Source: Acidimicrobiales bacterium (GTDB taxonomy: Bacteria; Actinomycetota; Acidimicrobiia; Acidimicrobiales; VFJN01). From it: 64,000 nucleotides of DNA. A program made the translations under genes and the position numbers. The DNA is taken from positions 20,625-84,624 of the forward strand of contig DASUDP010000124.1 of assembly GCA_036275535.1 (NCBI GenBank), read 5' to 3'. Below the pieces are notes generated by a model, which was not told where the DNA came from, made no database searches, and saw only the letters and a program-made list of their open reading frames with translations. Shown piece by piece: positions 34,630-43,306 of the stretch. Position 1 is the first letter of the stretch. Each line of letters starts with the position of its first letter.

Positions 34630-36441
34630 TCAGCGGGCAGCGCGGCGGGCGTCGACCACCAGCCGGTCCGGCGTGGGGATGAGGTGGACCTCGAGGTCAC
34701 CCAGCCGGAACGTCTGCGGCTGCGACGGAGCCGGCACCAGTGGGGCATCGGGCGTGGGCCCGCCGCTGTGAGAGGAGCTGCCACCCTGGCGGAGGACCGC
34801 TCCCAGCGGGTGGCGGGCCTCGAGGGCGGCGGCCAGCGTGGTGGGGACGGAGGCGTCGGACAGGACAAGCAGATCGATGCTGCCCACCCCCGCGGCCCGC
34901 AGCTCGGCCAGCACGGCGCTGACGCTCAGCGAGCTGCGACCCCCCACGCCGCCCAGGACCACCACCTCGGCCCCCGCCGCATGCCAGCGCACGACACCCG
35001 GCTGCAGCTCGGTGCGCAGCCCGGGCCCCGCCTGCGCCGTCGCCACCGCGGCCAGGACCGAGACCGCGGCCACCCCCAGCCCCAGCCGGTGGGCGGCACC
35101 GGGCCGCCCCGTCCGACGGCTGGCCATCGCCAACAGCAGTCCCCCACCCAGGCCGATCAGATGGGGGGCGCCGAGCTGCCCCAACGGGAGCGCGGCCGCC
35201 CGGCTGGCCACCTCGCTGAGCCAGCCGAGCATCGCCCGGGTGGGCAGGTGCACCAACTCGGCGACGCCGCCCCCGAGCACCCCCGCCACCATCCCGGCCG
35301 TGAGCCCCCAGACCATGACGAGGCCCGCCACCGGCACGGCCAGGACGTTGGCGGGGAACGACGCCACGGGCAGCGGCCCGAAGGTGGCGAGGAGCACCGG
35401 CGCCACGCCGAGCTGGGCCGCCACCGTCACCGACAGGGACTGCCGGAGCCAGGCGGGGCCGGGCAGCACCCGCTCAAGCGAACCCGCCACGACGATGATG
35501 GCCGCCGCGGCGGCCGTCGAGAGCTGGAAGCCGACCGAGCGCAGCAGCAAGGGATCGAGGACGAGGAGGCCCGTGATGGCCAGGGCGAGGAGGCGGAGCC
35601 GGGGCAGCGGGGATCCGATGGTGGTGGTCAGCAGGGCAAGGGCGGCCATCGCGGAGGCCCGGAGCACCGACGGCTCGAGGCGGGTCATCACGGCGAAGAC
35701 GCTGATCGCCGCGAGGCCGAGGAGGGCGCGGGGCCAGAGCCGCATCCGCCGGAGGAGGGGACCGGCCAGCACGAGCACGAACGCCACGTTCTGGCCCGAG
35801 ACGGCGAGGAGATGGGTGAGGCCGGCGCCCTGGAAGTCGTCGCTCAAGGCGGCCGGCTGCGAGCGGTCGTCGCCGATCACGAGTCCCGTGTAGAGCGAGC
35901 GCTCCAGGTCGTCGAGCGGGGCAGCGCCGTCGACCAGGGTGCGCCGCAGGGCGTTGGCCAACCGGGAGACGCCGTCGCCCGGCTCCCATCCCTCGACGAG
36001 GTGGACCTGCAGGCGGGCCGACAGGTGGCGGGCGGTCGACCAGCCGCCCCCGCCTAGAGGACCGACCTGACCCCGCAGCTTGATCTGCTCGCCCGCCAGC
36101 CGGTCCCGCAGCGCATCGGCGGCGACGCCCCCGGCCCGCAGCTCCACACGCCGGCCCCCCAGCCGGGCCTCGGCCCGGACACCCGAGAAGGCCGGCGCGG
36201 GATCGGTCACGAGCGTGACGACGCCGTCGACCTCCCGCTCAGGCGGCGGCTCGAGGCCGGCCTGCGAACGAGCAGCCAGCGCGCTGACCAGGAGGGCGAC
36301 CGTCACGCAGACCAGCGCCGGGCGATGCAGGCGCACGGCCACCCCCACGCCCACCGCGGCGAGCAGGACCGGAAGCGGCAGGGGCCGGGCCGCGCCCGCG
36401 ACGGCCGCCGCTGTCAGCACCAGCACCCACGCGTCGCTCAC
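34630..36441 (-). CDS. comEC: ComEC/Rec2-family DNA internalisation channel protein
   Basis: Polytopic, with a competence-domain motif FQGAGLTHLLAVSGQNVAFV. No C-terminal metallo-beta-lactamase motif was seen. Confidence 0.8.
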   Translation of the reverse strand: MSDAWVLVLTAAAVAGAARPLPLPVLLAAVGVGVAVRLHRPALVCVTVALLVSALAARSQAGLEPPPEREVDGVVTLVTDPAPAFSGVRAEARLGGRRVELRAGGVAADALRDRLAGEQIKLRGQVGPLGGGGWSTARHLSARLQVHLVEGWEPGDGVSRLANALRRTLVDGAAPLDDLERSLYTGLVIGDDRSQPAALSDDFQGAGLTHLLAVSGQNVAFVLVLAGPLLRRMRLWPRALLGLAAISVFAVMTRLEPSVLRASAMAALALLTTTIGSPLPRLRLLALAITGLLVLDPLLLRSVGFQLSTAAAAAIIVVAGSLERVLPGPAWLRQSLSVTVAAQLGVAPVLLATFGPLPVASFPANVLAVPVAGLVMVWGLTAGMVAGVLGGGVAELVHLPTRAMLGWLSEVASRAAALPLGQLGAPHLIGLGGGLLLAMASRRTGRPGAAHRLGLGVAAVSVLAAVATAQAGPGLRTELQPGVVRWHAAGAEVVVLGGVGGRSSLSVSAVLAELRAAGVGSIDLLVLSDASVPTTLAAALEARHPLGAVLRQGGSSSHSGGPTPDAPLVPAPSQPQTFRLGDLEVHLIPTPDRLVVDARRAAR

Positions 36442-37035
36442 TCAGACCGTCACGAGGTCTCGCAGCGCCTCCAGCTTGGCCTCGCCGATCCCCCGCACGT
36501 CGAGCAGCTGGTCGACGGAGGTGAACCGCCCAATCCGGTTGCGGTGCTCCACGATGGCCGCCGCGGTGGCCGGCCCCACGCCGGGCAGCGCGTCGAGGGC
36601 CGCCTCGTCCGCGGCGTTGAGGTCGACGGGGCCGGCCGGGCCCCCGCCGGCGGTCCCTCCGGTGCTCGCGGCTCCCACGACGGGGGGCGCCGCCTCCCCC
36701 ACGGCAGGCACGTAGACGCGCTCCCCATCGGTGAGCGGGGCAGCGAGGTTCAGCCGGGTCCCGTCCGCCGCGGGAGCCAGCCCTCCGGCGGCCGCCACCG
36801 CGTCGACCACCCGGGCCCCGGTGGCCAGCGCGTACACGCCGGGGCGCACCACGGACCCCGCTACGTGCACCACCACCACCTCGGGGAGCGTGCTGGCCCC
36901 GGGCAGGGCCGGCGCCGCGCCCCCACCCGCCGGCAGGGCGGAGGTGGTGCTGGCGTAGGGCAGGGACACCTCGACCGGGTCGGCCGGCGGGCGGGTCAGC
37001 CACCATCCGCCGACCAGCAGCGCGAGGACGAGCAC
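36442..37035 (-). CDS. comEA: ComEA-family DNA-binding protein (SLBB + tandem helix-hairpin-helix)
   Basis: VDLNAADEAALDALPGVGPATAAAIVEHRNRIGRFTSVDQLLDVRGIGEAKLEAL. The first canonical start is GTG 37035, but the coding signal continues upstream (see findings). Confidence 0.8.
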   Translation of the reverse strand: MLVLALLVGGWWLTRPPADPVEVSLPYASTTSALPAGGGAAPALPGASTLPEVVVVHVAGSVVRPGVYALATGARVVDAVAAAGGLAPAADGTRLNLAAPLTDGERVYVPAVGEAAPPVVGAASTGGTAGGGPAGPVDLNAADEAALDALPGVGPATAAAIVEHRNRIGRFTSVDQLLDVRGIGEAKLEALRDLVTV

Positions 37036-37219
37036 CCCGCCGCCCAGGATGCGCCCCGGCGTGGTCCCCGTGGCGTCGGCCAGCTGCCCGAGCCGCTCCT
37101 GGAGGGTGCGGGGCGGGTCGGGACGGCGCAGCTCGGAGCCGTCGGTCGGCAGGTCGGGGTCCAGGGCTTGCTCCCGGGGCGCGTAGGGGCGGCGGCGACG
37201 GGGGAAGCGCCGGCTCAGG

Positions 37220-37576
37220 CTAGGACGGACCCAGCCGCCGGGATAGGGCTTGTTGGGGCACCGGCGCGTCAGTCGGCCCGGGTGTGCGCGCCTCCCACTC
37301 CGCCTCGATCTCGAGGGGGATCCGTCGGTAGGCGGCCCAGTGCGGGTACCGCCGGAGCCGCCAGCGCAGGTACGAGCCGAGGTACCGCACCAGGAAGCCC
37401 CCCACCCCGAGACGCCGCCACTGGCGCACGTGCACGAGCTCGTGGCGCCGCAGCCTCCCTGATCCGGCCGCGCGGGGCGTGATGAACACGAAGCGGCCGA
37501 GCGTCGTGGCCGCCGCTCCCGGCGCCACCAGCCGGGACACCACGAAGACCGCCCCGTCGCGCCGCTCGACCCTCAC
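37220..37576 (-). CDS. Small HExxH protein, DUF4157-like metallopeptidase motif
   Basis: AATTLGRFVFITPRAAGSGRLRRHELVHVRQW resembles the DUF4157 (eCIS core) pattern ...T.G..I.F....HEL.HV.Q. 118 aa. Confidence 0.5.
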   Translation of the reverse strand: MRVERRDGAVFVVSRLVAPGAAATTLGRFVFITPRAAGSGRLRRHELVHVRQWRRLGVGGFLVRYLGSYLRWRLRRYPHWAAYRRIPLEIEAEWEARTPGPTDAPVPQQALSRRLGPS

Positions 37577-37693
37577 CCCGCCGCGACCGTCGCCAGCAGC
37601 ACCGGGATCGGCGCGGACCCGGCGATCGACGGGATTGCCGATCGCCCGTCAGGGGGAGGCAGGAGCGCAGCGACGCCCGCAGCCTGCATGGGA

Positions 37694-38410
37694 TCAGAAG
37701 AGCCGGCTGGTGAGCTGCTTGCGGTAGCCGGCGGTGCGAGGGTCTTCCGGGCCCATCAGCTCGAGGAGGTCGAGGTAGCGCTGACGGGCGGCCTCGTCGT
37801 CCTTGACCTGGTCGAGGAGGCCGTCGAGCTCGGCGCTCACGTCGTCGGCGCCCCCGGTGGCCGCCAAGCGGGCCAGGGCGGCCACGCGGCGAGTGTCGGC
37901 CGACTCAGGGATGCGCTCGAGGAGGCCGAGGGCCTCGTCGATGGCGGCCTGGTCGCCCCGGTCCACGAGCAGCGTGGCGAGGGCCACGACCGCACCCACG
38001 TGGCCCGGCTCGAGCTCGAGGGCCTGGCGCAGCGAGGCCTCATCACCAGCGGCGACCAGACGGCCGAGCTCCGTCTCCTCCTCGGTGGGCAGCAGCGCGG
38101 CGACGAACTGGCGGACGGCGGGCTCGGGCTGGGCGCCCACGAACGTGGAGACGATCTTGCCGTGGTGCATGGCGAAGACCGCCGGGATGCTCTGCACCTG
38201 GAAGGCCTGGGAGATCTGCGGGTTGGCGTCGACGTCCACCTTGACCAGCACCACCTGGCCGGCGGTCTCGCCGATGACCGTCTCGAGGATCGGGCCCAGC
38301 GTCCGACACGGACCGCACCACTCCGCCCAGAGGTCGATGACCACCGGGACCTGCATCGAGCGGTCGATCACCTCGGACTGGAACGTGGCGTCGGTGACGT
38401 CGATCGACAT
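37694..38410 (-). CDS. Thioredoxin-domain + TPR-like co-chaperone (YbbN/CnoX-like)
   Basis: VVIDLWAEWCGPCRTLGPILE with an intact WCGPC motif, followed by a helical TPR-like C-terminal half. Confidence 0.75.
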   Translation of the reverse strand: MSIDVTDATFQSEVIDRSMQVPVVIDLWAEWCGPCRTLGPILETVIGETAGQVVLVKVDVDANPQISQAFQVQSIPAVFAMHHGKIVSTFVGAQPEPAVRQFVAALLPTEEETELGRLVAAGDEASLRQALELEPGHVGAVVALATLLVDRGDQAAIDEALGLLERIPESADTRRVAALARLAATGGADDVSAELDGLLDQVKDDEAARQRYLDLLELMGPEDPRTAGYRKQLTSRLF

Positions 38411-38531
38411 CGGCGAGAGCTCCTGCAGCAGACGGGCGCCGGGCGGGATGGGCGCGGGGGCGGTCGCCCCAACCTACCGGCGGCGGTACCCTCGCCCACT
38501 CGGGACGAGCGACCCAGACGGGGAGGATGAC

Positions 38532-39575
38532 GTGAGCGATCAGGCCAGCGGCGAGGTCAAGGGCGTCGACGTCGCCAAGGTCACGGCCTGGTTCGAGGCC
38601 AACCTCGACGGCGCTCGCGGCCCGCTGCGGTTCGACCTGATCGCCGGCGGGCACTCGAACCTCACCTACGGCGTGACCGACGCCGCCGGACGCCGGTACG
38701 TCCTGCGCCGGCCGCCCCTCGGCCACGTGCTGGCCACCGCCCACGACATGGGCCGGGAGCACAAGATCATCTCCGCCCTCGGCCCCACCGACGTGCCCGT
38801 GGCACCGACCCTCGGCCTCTGCACCGACGAGTCCGTCAACGGCGCCCCCTTCTACGTCATGGACTTCGTGGACGGCCGGGTGCTGCGCGATGTCGCGGCG
38901 GCCGAGGAGATCTCAGTCGAGGCGCGCCGCACCGCCAGCCTGTCGATCGCCGACACGCTGGCCCGCATCCATGCGGTCGACCCCGACGCCGTCGGCCTCG
39001 GGGACCTCGGCAAGAAGGAGGGCTACATCGAGCGGCAGCTCCGGCGCTGGTACGGCCAGTTCCAGCAGTCCCAGACGCGCGAGCTCCCGAAGGTCGACGA
39101 GGTGCACGAGGCGCTGGCGGCGCGGATCCCCGAGCAAGGACCGGCCTCCGTCGTGCACGGCGACTACCGGCTGGACAACTGCATGACCGACGACGACGGC
39201 CACGTCATCGCCGTGCTCGACTGGGAGATCTGCACGCTGGGCGACCCCCTCGCCGACGTCGGGCTGCTGATGGTGTATTGGACGGAAGCCACCGACTCGC
39301 ACCCGATGCTGCTCACCGCCCCGACCACGGTGGACGGCTTCCTCTCCCGCAAGGCGGTGCTCGACCGCTACGCCGAGCGCTCCGGCCGGGACCTGTCGCA
39401 GATCGACTACTACATCGCCTTCGGCTACTGGAAGCTGGCCTGCATCGTCGAGGGCGTCTACACGCGCTACGTGAACGGGGCGATGGGCTCCGATGCCTCC
39501 GGCTTCGAGGGGTTCGCCCTGCAGGTCGAGCGCTGCGCCGACGCCGCCGCCGACGCCGTGGCCCGGCTGGGCTGA
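38532..39575 (+). CDS. Phosphotransferase (APH/ChoK-like kinase) family protein
   Basis: GTG 38532 preceded by GGGAGGA. GGHSNLTYGV, YVLRRPP, FYVMDFVDGRVLRD, VVHGDYRLDNCM and AVLDWE catalytic motifs. The track ORF 37803..39575 N-terminal part is antisense to the thioredoxin gene. Confidence 0.8.
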   Translation: MSDQASGEVKGVDVAKVTAWFEANLDGARGPLRFDLIAGGHSNLTYGVTDAAGRRYVLRRPPLGHVLATAHDMGREHKIISALGPTDVPVAPTLGLCTDESVNGAPFYVMDFVDGRVLRDVAAAEEISVEARRTASLSIADTLARIHAVDPDAVGLGDLGKKEGYIERQLRRWYGQFQQSQTRELPKVDEVHEALAARIPEQGPASVVHGDYRLDNCMTDDDGHVIAVLDWEICTLGDPLADVGLLMVYWTEATDSHPMLLTAPTTVDGFLSRKAVLDRYAERSGRDLSQIDYYIAFGYWKLACIVEGVYTRYVNGAMGSDASGFEGFALQVERCADAAADAVARLG

Positions 39576-39596
39576 CGGGCCACTCGGATCCCGCTC

Positions 39597-40451
39597 GTGG
39601 CGAACCCCCTGTACTCCATGGTCAGCCAGCCTGACCTCGACGCCCCCGTCCTGGTGATGGCCCTCAAGGGGTGGATCGACGCCGGCCTCGGCGCCGAGCA
39701 GGCGGCCGCCGTGCTCACCGAGGGCCTGCAGCTCGAGACGGTGGCGCGGTTCGACCCCGACGCCCTCCTCGACTGGCGGGCCCGCCGGCCCGTCATGCAC
39801 CTGAGCGACGGCGTGAACACCGACACGAGCTGGGAGGACACGGAGCTGCGCTGGGCTCGGGATCCCGCCGGCAACGACCTGCTCCTGCTCCTCGGCAACG
39901 AGCCCGATCACGCGTGGCTGGCCTTCTCCGACCAGGTCGTGGACCTGGCGCTCGACCTCGGCACCCGTCTCGTCTTCGGTCTCGGTGCCTACCCAGCCCC
40001 CGTGCCCCACACCCGCTCGGTCCAGGTCGCCGCCGCGGCATCGTCCCCCGAGCTCACGGAGGGCCTCGTGCGCAGCACGGTCGAGGCACCGTCCGGGGTG
40101 CAGAGCCTCATCGAGCGACGGGCCGCACTGCGAGGCCTGCCCGCCCTCGGCCTCTGGGCCCAGGTCCCCCACTACGTCGCGGCCATGCCCTACCCGGCGG
40201 CATCGCTCGTGCTCCTCGAGACCGTCAACCGGGTCGCCGGTCTCGCTCTGCCGACCGCCGATCTCGGCGAGCGGGCCCAGGCCAGCCGGGCCCGCATCGA
40301 CCAGCTCATCGGCGAGAACCCCGAGCACCTGGCGATGCTCCACCAGCTCGAGCAGCAGGCCGACGAGCAGGACACGACGTCGCGCATGGCCGCCACGTCA
40401 GGGGACGAGCTGGCCGCCGAGCTGGAGCGCTTCCTCCGCGACCAGGGCTGA
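39597..40451 (+). CDS. PAC2 (proteasome assembly chaperone 2-like) family protein
   Basis: LDAPVLVMALKGWIDAGLGAEQAA near the N-terminus and GDELAAELERFLRDQG at the C-terminus, as in actinobacterial PAC2-family proteins. GTG start. Confidence 0.65.
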   Translation: MANPLYSMVSQPDLDAPVLVMALKGWIDAGLGAEQAAAVLTEGLQLETVARFDPDALLDWRARRPVMHLSDGVNTDTSWEDTELRWARDPAGNDLLLLLGNEPDHAWLAFSDQVVDLALDLGTRLVFGLGAYPAPVPHTRSVQVAAAASSPELTEGLVRSTVEAPSGVQSLIERRAALRGLPALGLWAQVPHYVAAMPYPAASLVLLETVNRVAGLALPTADLGERAQASRARIDQLIGENPEHLAMLHQLEQQADEQDTTSRMAATSGDELAAELERFLRDQG

Positions 40452-40499
40452 CCACCAGACACTTGACCGCCCGGTCAAGTGGTCCAGTAGGGTCGTCCC

Positions 40500-41510
40500 A
40501 TGAAGGTCGACGGGGGTCTCGGGGCCGATCTGCGCGGCGCTAGCCGCGCCGCGGTCCGACAGGAGCAGCAGGGGTACGACGGTCTGTGGTCGGCCGAGAC
40601 CAACCACGACCCGTTCTTCCCCCTCCTGCTCGCCGCGCAGGAGACGGAGCGGGTCGAGCTCGGCACGGGCATCGCGGTGGCGTTCGCCCGCAGCCCGATG
40701 AACCTGGCCCAGATCGCCTGGGACCTGCAGGCGGCCTCAGGAGGTCGGTTCATCCTCGGCCTCGGCAGCCAGATCAAGCCGCACATCACGAAGCGCTTCT
40801 CCATGCCGTGGTCCCACCCCGCGGCGCGCATGCGGGAGCTCATCCTCGCCATCCGCGCCATCTGGGCGTGCTGGAACGACGGCACGAAGCTCGACTTCCG
40901 CGGCGAGTTCTACACCCACACGCTGATGACGCCCTTCTTCGATCCCGGCCCCAACCCCCACGGGAACGCCAAGATCTTCCTGGCCGGTGTCGGGGAGCTG
41001 ATGACCGAGGTGGCCGGCGAGGTGTGCGACGGGTTCCTGTGCCACGGCTTCACCACCGAGCGCTACCTCCGCGAGGTGACGCTCCCCGCGCTCGAGCGCG
41101 GCGCCGCCAAGGCGGGCCGCACGCTGGCCGACATCGAGATCTCCGGCCCGGCCTTCGTCGTCACCGGCACGACGGACGAGGAGATGGCCAAGTCCGTCGC
41201 CGGCACCAAGCAGCAGATCGCCTTCTACGGCTCCACGCCCGCCTACCGCGGCGTGCTCGAGCTGCACGGCTGGGGCGGCCTCCAAGAGGACCTCAACCGG
41301 ATGTCGAAGGAGGGAAAGTGGCAGGAGATGGGCGAGCTCATCACCGACGACATCCTCGACACCTTCGCCGTCGTCGCCGAGCCCGAGAAGCTCGCCGCCG
41401 GCATCAAGGCCCGCTACGGCGACATCGTGCAGCGCCTCAGCTTCTACGCCCCCTACGAGTCCGACCCGGACCGCTGGAAGGCGGTCATGGACGACCTCCA
41501 CGAGGTCTGA
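40500..41510 (+). CDS. LLM-class (luciferase-like) F420-dependent oxidoreductase
   Basis: GYDGLWSAETNHDPFFPL, GTGIAVAFARSPMNLAQ and RFILGLGSQIKPHITKRFSMPW match the luciferase-like monooxygenase fold. F420 dependence is inferred from family resemblance only. Confidence 0.65.
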   Translation: MKVDGGLGADLRGASRAAVRQEQQGYDGLWSAETNHDPFFPLLLAAQETERVELGTGIAVAFARSPMNLAQIAWDLQAASGGRFILGLGSQIKPHITKRFSMPWSHPAARMRELILAIRAIWACWNDGTKLDFRGEFYTHTLMTPFFDPGPNPHGNAKIFLAGVGELMTEVAGEVCDGFLCHGFTTERYLREVTLPALERGAAKAGRTLADIEISGPAFVVTGTTDEEMAKSVAGTKQQIAFYGSTPAYRGVLELHGWGGLQEDLNRMSKEGKWQEMGELITDDILDTFAVVAEPEKLAAGIKARYGDIVQRLSFYAPYESDPDRWKAVMDDLHEV

Positions 41511-41552
41511 GCCACCGGACCTGGCGGGAGCTGTCCCGGCCCGGTCCCGAGG

Positions 41553-43199
41553 TCAGGCGTGCGGAAGCTCGGCGCCCAGGTAGCGGAGCTTGCACAGGGA
41601 GCGCTGGAGCTTCCCTGAGCTCGTCTTGGGCAGGCTGCCCGGCTCGACGAGGACGATGTCCTTGGCCGGCAGCCCCACCGCGATCCGCACCCGCTCGGCG
41701 ACGGTGCGGCGCAGGCCGTCGTGGTCGTCGGACTTCGACTCCGCCACCACGACGAGGCCCTCCTTGCCCTGGTGCTCGACCCCGAAAGCGATGACATTGC
41801 CCGCCCGCACGCCCTCGACCTCCGCCAGCGCCCGCTCCACGTCCTCGGGGTACACGTTGCGGCCGCCGACGATGATCATGTCCTTGATCCGCCCGCACAT
41901 GACCATCTCGCCGTCGACCAGGTAGGCCAGGTCGCCCGTGCGGAGCCAGCCGTCGTGGAAGAGCTCGGCGTTGGCCTCGGGCCGTCGGTAGTACCCCGGC
42001 GTGACCGAGGTGCCCGAGATCTCGAGCTCGCCGACCTCGCGCTCCCGCAGCACGTCCCCGGTCACGGGATCGACCACCCGCACCTCGAGACCCGGGACCG
42101 GGCGGCCCAGGATGGCGAGGTGGCGCACGCCCTCGGCGTCGCCGTCGACGGGGGCCGCGTAGCGCTCCGACTCGAGCACGCGGCGGTCGACGGGGTCGGT
42201 CCGGAGCCCTGACATCGGCTCGGGGAAGGTGCCGGCGATGGCCACCTCGGCCATGCCGAAGGCGGGGAACACGGCTCCGGGCCGCAGGCCGTGGCGGGCC
42301 CCTGCCTCGACGAAGGCGTGCACCGTGGCGGGGTCGACGGGCTCGGCGCCGTTGAGCGCGATCCGCAGGCGTGACAGGTCGAGCTGCTCGGCCCGGTGCA
42401 GGGCCCGGGTGGCCAGGACGTAGGAGAAGTTGGGACCGGCGGTGGCAGTCCCGCCGTAGGTCGACATCCACTCCATCCAGCGGCTCGGGCCGGCCATGAA
42501 GTCCGTGGGGGCGCCAAGGACCAGCGGCGTGCCGGTGGACAACGAGAGGGTGAACAGCCCGACGAGCCCCATGTCGTGGTAGAGCGGCAGCCAGGAGACG
42601 AGCACGTCGTCGTCAGGGTCGAGCGAGGTGGCTTCGATGATGGCGTCGAGGTTCGCCCCCACGGTGCGATGGGGCAGCATCACGCCCTTGGGGTCCGACG
42701 TGGACCCGCTCGTGAACTGGAGGATGGCGAGGCGGTCGAGGTCGTCGGTGGGGCGCTCCCAGGCCTCGGCGCCCGCCCGCCCTGGCCCGGCCAGCGCATC
42801 CCAGCCCACCATGGGCGGGTCCCCGGGGGTCGCCTCGATGAAGGGAGCCAGGTCGGGGTCGACGAGCACGAGCGTGGCGTCGGCGTTGGTGATCCGGACG
42901 CGCGTCTGGTGCACGAACTCCTCGATCGAGGACATCCGCATCGGGAGCGGAAGCACGACTACCGTGGCGCCCGCCAGCCACACCCCCTGGATGGCGGTCA
43001 CGAGCGGGCGCGAGGTCGGGCCCAGGATCGCCACGTGGTCGCCCGGCGCCACGCCGAGGCCCTGGAGGTTGGCGGCCACCGCCCGGGCCTCCTCGTGGAG
43101 CTGGGCGTAGGGGACCGGGACGTGGTCGCCGCCGACCACGAAGGTGAGGGCGTGGCCGCGGTCGGCGCCGGCCTCGAGCCGTTGGTTGAGGGTCAGCAC
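41553..43199 (-). CDS. AMP-dependent synthetase/ligase (fatty-acyl-AMP/CoA ligase-like)
   Basis: AMP-binding motif [18 protein letters not shown], with GWLRTGDL and C-terminal [10 protein letters not shown]. Confidence 0.8.
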   Translation of the reverse strand: MLTLNQRLEAGADRGHALTFVVGGDHVPVPYAQLHEEARAVAANLQGLGVAPGDHVAILGPTSRPLVTAIQGVWLAGATVVVLPLPMRMSSIEEFVHQTRVRITNADATLVLVDPDLAPFIEATPGDPPMVGWDALAGPGRAGAEAWERPTDDLDRLAILQFTSGSTSDPKGVMLPHRTVGANLDAIIEATSLDPDDDVLVSWLPLYHDMGLVGLFTLSLSTGTPLVLGAPTDFMAGPSRWMEWMSTYGGTATAGPNFSYVLATRALHRAEQLDLSRLRIALNGAEPVDPATVHAFVEAGARHGLRPGAVFPAFGMAEVAIAGTFPEPMSGLRTDPVDRRVLESERYAAPVDGDAEGVRHLAILGRPVPGLEVRVVDPVTGDVLREREVGELEISGTSVTPGYYRRPEANAELFHDGWLRTGDLAYLVDGEMVMCGRIKDMIIVGGRNVYPEDVERALAEVEGVRAGNVIAFGVEHQGKEGLVVVAESKSDDHDGLRRTVAERVRIAVGLPAKDIVLVEPGSLPKTSSGKLQRSLCKLRYLGAELPHA

Positions 43200-43306
43200 G
43201 GCGCTCCGACCGCACGTTGCGACGTGCCGTTACAGGATCGCAACGATTCCCGTGGGTCGGTCAACGGGTTCGGGGGGACCGGAGGGGGCCCACTACCGTC
43301 AGCCCC

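Noticed and set aside
43215-43245. 8-bp inverted repeat CGTTGCGA-N15-TCGCAACG between the divergent acyl-AMP ligase gene and leuS, as a possible TetR-type operator.
   Set aside because: The repeat is short with a long spacer, and there is no regulator gene nearby. It could easily arise by chance in a 107-nt spacer, so it is noted but not called.
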